From the NCBI RefSeq assembly GCF_001194135.2, contig NC_068995.1, positions 7,952,957 through 8,016,956 on the forward strand: 64,000 bases of DNA. The letters are read 5' to 3'. Under the pieces are notes generated by a model that had not been told where the DNA came from, made no database searches, and saw nothing but the letters and a program-made list of their open reading frames with translations. Shown here one piece after another: positions 54,334 through 64,000 of this stretch. The stretch comes from Octopus bimaculoides. Taxonomy: Eukaryota. Each line of letters opens with the position of its first letter. The stretch's first letter is position 1. A program made the position numbers and the translations under genes.

Positions 54334-54533
54334 CTATAGAATGGCAAGAGATGATAGCTGCATAAAATAATGTCATAAATTTTGCTTCTAAGCTCTGCTG
54401 TCTTCGTCTGAATATAAACTAGACTGCATTCCATTGGGAAATGGAAAATACAGACACACACTAAAAATATACACTTACCGATTATATTTACGTCTATATC
54501 ATTTCATAAATACTGACATGAGCATAGGTATCG

Positions 54534-54572
<39 letters not shown>

Positions 54573-54582
54573 NNNNNNNNNN

Positions 54583-54619
<37 letters not shown>

Positions 54620-54733
54620 ATTATATGGACATATACGGAAATATGTTTCAATACGTGTGTGTTTCTACTGAGAGGTGTTATATATCTATGTATGCGTATA
54701 TCTGTGTGTGTGTATTTGCATGCATACATATAA

Positions 54734-54771
<38 letters not shown>

Positions 54772-55585
54772 ACATGTACAAATGAATTTGGGTGCGTGTA
54801 TATATATTATATGTATATATTTATACAGATATATATATATACACACACACACACATATATATAGACACACGACCATACATATTACTTTGCGTAGATGTGT
54901 AACTGATTGTATGTATGTGTATGGAAGTGTATGTTTACGTGTACCTGTATGTGTAGGTATTTTTGTGTGTGTCTGTGTGTATACCTGCATCCAAATATTT
55001 GTATTTATTTCTATCAATATTGCCTACAGAAAGATAACCGTATCCTACACCGATGACAGTCGGAGTTGAATTTAAATTACTACCTAGAAAACTTGAAACT
55101 ATTGTTACTTAAGCAAAACAAAGCTAAAAAATAAACCGAAACAAAAGCAAAATTGGAAACCAAATCGAAACAAACCACACACGCTCATACAGACGAAAAT
55201 AAAAACGACGACCTGATAACTAGCTTAACAACAACAACGAAAATAACGGTAATAATAATAATAATAAGGATATGATAATAATAATAATAAGGATATGATA
55301 ATAATAATAATAATGGTAACACATACAACAATAATAGCAACATCGACTACAAGAAGGGTATTAACCATCAAAACATCTATTTCTGGATAGTAAGTTTTAC
55401 GAGATATTCCATCCCGTTAATGGAAGTACGATTGGGAGTTATTTACAAGGAATATTTATACATTATGTATAAGTAAATATGCAACTGTGTGTGTGTGTGT
55501 GTGCGTATGTGTATGTATTTGTGTGGTTTTATATATACATCTATCTATACGGGTGTATATAGTTGTGGGAGTATGTATAAATGTA

Positions 55586-55640
<55 letters not shown>

Positions 55641-55720
55641 TAGATAGATAGAAAGAAAGACAGTTAGACAAACAGACAGACGGACAGAAATATATATATA
55701 TATATAGATAGACAGATAGA

Positions 55721-55776
<56 letters not shown>

Positions 55777-56134
55777 ATATATATGTATTTATATATATGT
55801 ACGTATATGTATATAGTGTATATGAATACAAATATATATACATATACGCGTATGACAATATAAATGAAAATATGTATATCTGTGTCTATTTGCATACATG
55901 TGCATACAAATATACACCGCACTCACACACATAAGTATAAATATACATGCATTATATATGAAAGTGTGACTATATGTATGTGAATAAGTTGCTGATTATA
56001 CGCGCGTGGTTATACAGATGCATTACATCAAAAATTAGAGTTAGAAATATATCGTTATGTATCCATCTTGTTATGTATTTGTTGTAAGTCGCTATTGAGA
56101 TGAATAATCAAATGATTATTGATATTATTATTTT

Positions 56135-56187
<53 letters not shown>

Positions 56188-56514
56188 TGTTGTTTAACAA
56201 GTAAGAAACGTATGCAGATTAACTCGCCTGTGGTTTTAAACTAAAATTATGCAAACTGATATATAATCATTGATCACAAATACATGGTATCGACACACAC
56301 ACAGACACACACACACACACACACACACGTATGTATGTATGTACGTAAGCGGCACAAAACACCCAGTCAAGAATAACTAACGACTTTTTTTCTTATTCTG
56401 GAGCTGAGATTGCTATTATGCTTTTACTCAGAGTTTCACGTAATTGAATTTCTCATATATAATATAATATTTATAGCTGATATTATATGAGTATCCTCGC
56501 GTTGAAATGGTGAA

Positions 56515-56556
<42 letters not shown>

Positions 56557-56635
56557 CATGAGCAAATATGCAATGACACACTGAGTCCCTTGCAAGGTGG
56601 ACTTAGCCATATATCGTCTCAGGGTTAATATTATA

Positions 56636-56765
56636 CGATGGCAAGCTGGCAGAAACGTTAGCTCGCAAAATGCTTAGCGGTATTTCGTCTCTCTTTACGT
56701 TCTGAGATCAAATTCCGCCGAGGTCGACCTAATCAAAAATTTCCGGCCTTGTGCCTAAAGTAGAA
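56636..56765 (+). mobile_element. SINE family B
   Basis: gcaagctggcagaaacgttagc...aaaatgcttagcggtatttcgtc...ttacgttctgagatcaaattccgccgaggtcgac. Confidence 0.85.
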
Positions 56766-57587
56766 AACATTATAAAATAAACTCCAGTTTAGAACAGGGG
56801 GCAATGCAATCCACTGAGCTCCTCCACGAAAAATGTGAGGCTTTTTTTCCCTATAAAACGGAAGATTAATACGCTCCACAGTTTTTCTTGACATTACCCA
56901 ATTGCGTCCAAAAACGAATCATTTCCAATATTTTCGCAATGGAGGGATTTATAAGGTGTTTACGATTCAAGATTTCACACGCCTACACAGAAAAACTAAC
57001 ATTTTGCAGTTTGCAGAAAAAACACCCCAAAAAACAAAAGAACAATTGAGATAAAAACCACTCAGTGAAAATATCCGTTCGTTCTTCTGTATATGAGCTT
57101 ATCTAACATTTTGCTGAGTCTAGATGTTCAATTTTTCCACGTTTCAGATTTTCGTTGGCTTTTGTTACTTTTAACAGACATGCAACAGATTTTTACGTAT
57201 ATCGCCGTCAGAGAAACGTTTTCGTTTTTGCATGTTTTATATCACAAACTCAGACCGTACGCCGACACCCCCACAACACATATCTCTATGTATGTATGTA
57301 TGCATGCATGCATGTATCTATGCATGCATATATTTATGTGTGCATGTATGTATATATATATATATATATAAGTATACATATGTGCGCGTGGATAAATATA
57401 TGTATATGTGTGTGTGTGTATATAAATGTATATAAATATATATATATATGTATATATACAAATATACATATATATATGTGTGTGTGTTTACATATATTGA
57501 TATGTGGGTATTTATAGTTCGTGTGGAAGGGTGTCTTGCGTTTGAGGTTGTGCGTGACTACGTGATAAATACGCAGGAATACAGAAG

Positions 57588-57634
<47 letters not shown>

Positions 57635-58299
57635 GCACGCACGCAAAGATATTACGATAAATACATATAGATGTATAAAAAGATATACAGATATACACAA
57701 TCATACAAACGTATGTGTGTGTGTGTCTGTATATGTGCATACATACGCAAGTGTGTGAGAGTGTATGTGTGTGTGAATGTACGAAGGTATGTGTGTATAT
57801 TTGTATTTCATGTATAATTAAACAATAACCTTTTAGTTTTACAGTACAATACTTCTAAGCGAAGTCCTGTGTAGGTAAAGAGCTAATCATGCAGAGACGA
57901 GCACGCTTCTATTGCACCGAAGCAAATAATCCTGTTATATATCACGGCAGGTCTTTCCACTTCACAACAGAATTTAAAGAATTACAAAACCATAAATTTG
58001 TTGCCGTTAGTGACAATACGGCGACTACACGGTGCTTCCGTAAATATTGAGGTTGCAAAAATAGTAGCAGCATGTGGGTCTTGTAAAGAAATTCTGTTCA
58101 GACCAACCTGGTTCTAGTTCCGGGTTGTTTCTCTCTGTATTTAGCATGATTTTGGGAAAATGATGTTCTAAGTTAGCCCCCAATGTCAGGGATGCCGTGC
58201 GTACGAAGTTAGATAAATGGACGGAAAGAACATGATGGAATACAAACGGATATTGACATCTACCCATCTATTTGTGTGTGGCAATTCTGTAAATAATAA

Positions 58300-58480
58300 T
58301 AATGGTATTTTTATATAAGCTTAAAAGTTACGGCGATCACCGTGCAACGGCTAAGGAAAATAGTATGATAAAGGGGCATATAAGCACTCGACAGGAAATA
58401 AAAAGGCTTCCCTATCCGCGTGGGAGTCGAACCCACATCTTTTTGCTAACGCGACTAAGTGTGTTACCTTTACACCAGAG
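58300..58480 (-). mobile_element. tRNA-derived SINE (fourth family) with well-preserved D- and T-arms
   Basis: Reverse complement: TGGTGTAAAGG A-box, D-stem GTGT/ACAC, T-arm GTGGG-TTCGACT-CCCAC (58420-58436). The anticodon and acceptor stems do not pair, and a non-tRNA body follows. Confidence 0.7.
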
Positions 58481-58586
58481 AATCACTATCCCCATTTCTA
58501 TCAAATTTATGAACTATAATAGTTCGTGTATCTATATGCTTGCGGTGCGAATGTTTTTTTTATAGATCGAAATCGGAAGACTCAGT

Positions 58587-58614
<28 letters not shown>

Positions 58615-58631
<17 letters not shown>

Positions 58632-58780
58632 GCATTTGCAGATGTATGAATGTGGGTGCGTTCGGCTATTAAATCTACGCACATGGATTTGGTCGGCCCA
58701 AGGCTACAATAGAAGACATTTGCCCCATGTGCCATGCAGTAAGACTGAGCCCGGAGCTATGTGGTTCTTAGCACACAGCC
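58615..58780 (-). mobile_element. SINE family A head
   Basis: tttggtcggcccaaggctacaatagaagacatttgcccc...gccatgcagtaagactgagcccggagctatgtgg...cacacagccacacc. Confidence 0.8.
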
Positions 58781-59235
58781 ACACCTTTGCGTACTCAGAT
58801 ATATGTTCAACAAATAACTTCGATATGCTTCAGCCAATGATTGACCAATGTCATTTCTGACCAGCCTGCTTGTGGTTAAAATGCAGCCAAATTGAACAGA
58901 TTTCTCTGTTGGTTACATACACTTAAAATCATCTACTAAAACAAGAAATAGAGATTCTATGTGAATAAACATATATTTTCAGCTGATTAATCTGCAAGAG
59001 CTGAAATTCAAAGCGAGCTTAGAATCTTGTCGCAGGCCGTAAGAGCTACATGCAGAATGCGTTAAATATGCACGTGCATATGAAATGCTTAGTCACACAT
59101 GTGACAATTCAATGAGCAGCTTGTTCACTTGATCTAACTGAGCAGTCTTTATTAAGACTAAGAAGAACATGTGTCTAGGCCTGTAAGAGTGCATGTGCAT
59201 ATTTCTATCTATCTCTGTCTATCTCTTTCCCTTTC

Positions 59236-59296
<61 letters not shown>

Positions 59297-59734
59297 TTAA
59301 ACAGAAATAATTTTTAATAAATGATAATTTAATAAAATCTAATCATATGTAAGTGGAATTATGCTAAATCCAACTAAATTGAAAATATTTTCTACCTGGC
59401 CATATCGACAATTCTGAAAACTTTTGGGTGCGAATTTTACGTGAGTAGAAGCTATTTAAAAAAAAATTTATCCTTTATCCTGAAAATCACCTCCGTAAAT
59501 TACACACGTGCGCAAATTACATGGGTAATTACGGTATATATACATATATATATATATATCTTTAATCATTCACAATAATGACTTTTATTACTTCTGTTCC
59601 TAGCTCATTTTATCTAATTGTATATATATCTATCGTTACTTTTCTTAAAAAGCATTTACTTCTTTTCATTTCCAATGTGGATTTTCGCTTATTTTTGTTC
59701 TTCCTATTATTACCTTACTACTGCTGCTGATACA

Positions 59735-60312
59735 GCTACTACTACCACCACCACCACCACCACTACTACTACTACTACTACTTGAACTATTACTGGTACT
59801 CGAAATACTACTACAGCTGCAATAACTTTACCCCTACCATTACCATCACCACAGCCAGCACTACTATTGCTAAAACCACCACAACCATAAATGCTATTAC
59901 TACAACAACGACCAAAACCACGGCTACAACTACCACCACCACCACTACAACCACAACCCCCACCATCATCATAGCCATTAACCCCTTCACTACTACTACT
60001 ACTACTGCCAGGACTACCACCACAACCACATCCCCATTACTACTACTACTTGTACTTCTATCTATACTACTACTACTACTACTACTACATGTACTGCTTC
60101 TGCTACAACGTTTAGTTGTACTACCGCTATCATCACCACCACCACCACCACCACCACCAGTAATACTATTGCTTCAACTACCATCACCGCCAATGCCATT
60201 ACTACAACCACTACCAACACTATTACCACTACCACCACCACGATCATCGTCACCCTTACCACCAACACCACCATCAAAATTACTACTACTACTACTACTA
60301 CTACTACTACCA
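59735..60312. repeat. (ACT)n/(ACC)n trinucleotide low-complexity tract
   Basis: Seen directly; source of the Thr/Leu/Pro-run 203-aa pseudo-ORF. Confidence 0.85.
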
Positions 60313-61201
60313 CTGGTCGGCATCCGTCCTTTTGTTGTTTGTGGGCCGTTCTTCAAACTCGCTGCACTGAAGGTCACCGTATGCGGTCATTAAACCACTC
60401 GTCTAGTGCTTTTGTCTCCCTCATTAATGGTTTAAATAAAGTCGGCCAAGCGTGAATTGCACAGTAAAGCGCATGAAACGCTGTCGAAGGTCTTGCATCG
60501 CCAACTGTAATTTTCGCATCTCATCTAGGTTCTCTCGTGTTTCTCTCTTAAATCAAAACTAACGAATCATTTCATTACAACCCCTCGGCTTGATTTATCG
60601 TAGAAGTCGCTTTTATTTGCGACATAACACCGCCAGACGAGACGTTTGTGAGATTTCCGTGTACATCCCACTGTAGACCAGCTAACAAACTAACGAAGCA
60701 GCTAGCTAGCTAATACAACACTGCGTCTCTTTCTGTTACCACCTTTAACTGTTGCTAGTATTGTTGGAGCACCACGTCTTTACTGTTACTGCTCCTGTTG
60801 TTGTTGCTATTATTATTATTATTATTATTATCATTGTTGTTGGTGGTGGTGGCATGTTGTAAATGGTGTTTATTGTTGTTGAAGGTTTTGTTGGTTTTCT
60901 TCACCCGTATAATCACCTCTGTTTTTCACCCTCATCACCAACTCCATCGTCATGATCATCATCGTCGTCGTCCTAGTCATCATCATCAGTACTTACAATC
61001 GCACTTTTAATGTCCGCCGTGTTTGGGGCAATGATATATATATATATATTGAGGAAAGAGTGCTTCTCACTAGCTGATACACCGATAATTGCGATATATA
61101 AATATATATACATGCGTGCGTATATATGTAAGTATGAGTTTATTTGTACATATAAAATAACACACACGGCAACAAATATATGTACACATACATATATATG
61201 T

Positions 61202-61236
<35 letters not shown>

Positions 61237-61518
61237 GCACATACTCTCATCAATACACACACCTATATAATCATTTGTATGCGGTTTTACTACAAGTTAA
61301 CGCATACACAATTTAATATATTCATTATATACACCCAAATTGAGGCTCGCAATTATTCAGCAATTTCAGCGTGTACACATATACACAAGTGTATACGCAA
61401 TCTGACAGTCTTTTCTGGTCCATTCAATCCTATATATACAATGCCGTAGACTACATTGTTCAATATAAAAACTTTAGCATAACACACACGTAACATTAAA
61501 TCACATTCCTATAGTTAT

Positions 61519-61563
<45 letters not shown>

Positions 61564-61646
61564 TATATGTGTGTATGTATGTATATATCGGCAGAGGCAG
61601 TATTAATAGCGAAAGGCAATATATCTCTCTCATGTATGTGCGTGTG

Positions 61647-61691
<45 letters not shown>

Positions 61692-61701
61692 NNNNNNNNN
61701 N

Positions 61702-61743
<42 letters not shown>

Positions 61744-62251
61744 AACATATAGATGTATCTGTGTATATATATATCTATATAAATATATATATATAATATA
61801 CATATCTATATATCTATATATGTATGTGTATATATGTATATACATATATATCGACAGAGGCAGTATTAATACCAAAAGCTAATATCTATCACTTGAAGTG
61901 ATATTGTGCTAGAACTATTAGAAACGAATTTTGAGTTATTTAACGTGAGAGGAACTCCCATGCAGGTCTTTGGTGCATGAAATCAATCCTTGTTTATGTC
62001 GGTGATGGACGATAACTATCTGATACGACCACCGCAGAACTACCAGATCACTTGATTTCGCTCTCACTTGCTCTTGTCTTTGACAGACGTCCAGCTAAAC
62101 ATACTAGCCGTTTCCTCCCTCAGCATTCCCGTTAAGTGAGAGATTAATATTACATTTTGTTATTAATACATTTTCTGTCGCAATTAATATTATTGTTTTT
62201 TTTTTCTTAATGATCCCACTGTCTATAAACGACAAAATTGCCTGAATAAAC

Positions 62252-62310
62252 ACGTAACTGTGTGGTAAGAAGCTTGCTGTCCAACCACATGGTTCCTGGT
62301 TCAAACATAG
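62252..62310 (+). mobile_element. SINE family A head fragment
   Basis: cgtaactgtgtggtaagaagcttgctgtccaaccacatggttcctggttcaaac. Confidence 0.75.
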
Positions 62311-62664
62311 ACTTACTTCATATATTTCGATAGCAATTTTCTTTTAGATCTAGAGTCGCCAGCTACTAAATCTAGCATAAATATTTACACTCAATACGTG
62401 GTGTACAAACTCCTGTATTCTGCGACATAGTTGATGGCCGATATCATCCGATGTCAGAACTTTAATCACGTAGACTACAAGCACGGTTGATCATACAACC
62501 CCCACACAGCCACGATTGCTCACAGCCCACAAACAACCACAAAACCTCACAATTTCTCAACTGCAACATACTACACACGTAATCACACTAGTATAACAGC
62601 AAAACACCAACAACAAATATAATTTTAATATATACATGTGTATATATATATACATACACACATA

Positions 62665-62701
<37 letters not shown>

Positions 62702-63101
62702 GTATGTATATATGTATGTATGTATGTATATATTGGTAGTCTCGGCATGAATCACAATCGAATAGATATGGAACTGTAAGACAAAATGGTATATACTTCA
62801 ATACAAATACAAAAAATTTCTGTAACTTTAACTGGTAGATTACATGCAAATGTTTGTAGAACTAACAGAAAATAAAAATAAAAAAAAACTCGTCATGGAA
62901 CGGGAAAATGTTTATCACCCTCAACAGTGTCCGATCTGTCTTGGAATTTCCCCTGGCGGAAAACGGTCTGCTGTTGTATTGGGACTAGAGTCAAATGTTC
63001 TGAGGGTATAGGACATATATAGCGACATTCAGAGATAGAGTTTTCAGAGTAGTTTGGTGAATTTCTAAATCTGTAGTACTTGAGATATCAGTTGTGTATG
63101 T

Positions 63102-63144
<43 letters not shown>

Positions 63145-63610
63145 CGTGCGTGTGTATATAATTATGTATCTCTCCCACACTCTTTAACTTTCTATGTAAT
63201 ATTAAAAATGTGCGTACATGTATTATGTGCCAATATTAATGTATGTCTATGAATGTGTATATACACCTCCACACATTTATAAAGAAAATACACACACACA
63301 CACACACACACACACACGTACGCATATATTATGAATGTACATATTTATATACATACACATATTCGGCAACATATATAAATTGCCTTACGCATATATGTGT
63401 ATATATATACATATATTTGTGTGTGCATATATATATATGCATACACACATATATACATATATAAATATATATAATTACTAAGCAACAGGTAACCGTTGAA
63501 TGAAGTTAATATAGAAGCTATAATATTACAATTTCTTTATATTTTTGATTTGTATTCATAACCTATTGATTGCAAAAAAATTGTTCATAAAATTCTTCAT
63601 AAAAAAACCG

Positions 63611-63650
<40 letters not shown>

Positions 63651-64000
63651 TATATATGTATGTATATATACACACACACACACACACTCACACACACACA
63701 CATATATATACATAGACATCTATGTAGGCCTATGTGTGCGCGTGCGTGCGTGTATATGTGTGTAGGGATGTATAACATCGTACGTATACATTCAGAAATG
63801 CCTATAGTTAAGACATTCACTAATGTTACGAAATATTACAATACAAAGTCAACCCAATTACGTGTATGTCTATATATGTGTATAACACGTATGTGTGTGT
63901 CTGTGGTATATATGGTGTATGTGTTTTTGTATGTGTGTAGATTTACTAAGCAATTAAATAGCTTTTCTATTAAGTTAACAAACTACTTTAGATTATATTT

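Noticed and set aside
58400-58474. Possible functional tRNA gene
   Set aside because: The D- and T-arms are good but the anticodon and acceptor stems do not pair, and a SINE-like body follows, so it is treated as a SINE head.
59782-60393. 203-aa mucin- or proline-rich ORF
   Set aside because: It is a translation of (ACT)n/(ACC)n repeats: homopolymer runs, a non-ATG start and no domain or splice support.

Overview
AT-rich animal genomic DNA from a gapped draft assembly, with many N-runs and very dense (TA)n/(CA)n/(TACA)n microsatellites. The SINE families and composition suggest an octopus or other coleoid cephalopod (inference, not database-checked). The only host gene I can support is a non-fibrillar-type collagen on the minus strand. 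It is seen as three small Gly-X-Y exons (81, 72 and 27 bp; all phase 1-1, all AG/GT-bounded) spread over ~44.6 kb; both gene ends lie outside the window or were not found. The introns are filled with tRNA-derived SINEs, degraded LINEs (RTE-, CR1- and R4/Dong-like), and DNA-transposon relics and MITEs (mariner, DD37D, Tigger/pogo, Tc2-like, hAT, Helentron-like). Almost all ORFs in the supplied track are microsatellite or N-gap artefacts. Two observations stand out. (1) At ~48850-49225 a composite element joins a tRNA-like Pol III head to a Penelope-type minimal hammerhead ribozyme core inside long inverted repeats. (2) At 28707-28801 a heat-shock-type promoter module (paired CCAAT boxes, GC box, perfect 4-unit HSE, TATA) points antisense inside a collagen intron, with no recognisable gene downstream. 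All element family calls come from manual translation and motif recall and need HMM/Dfam confirmation.
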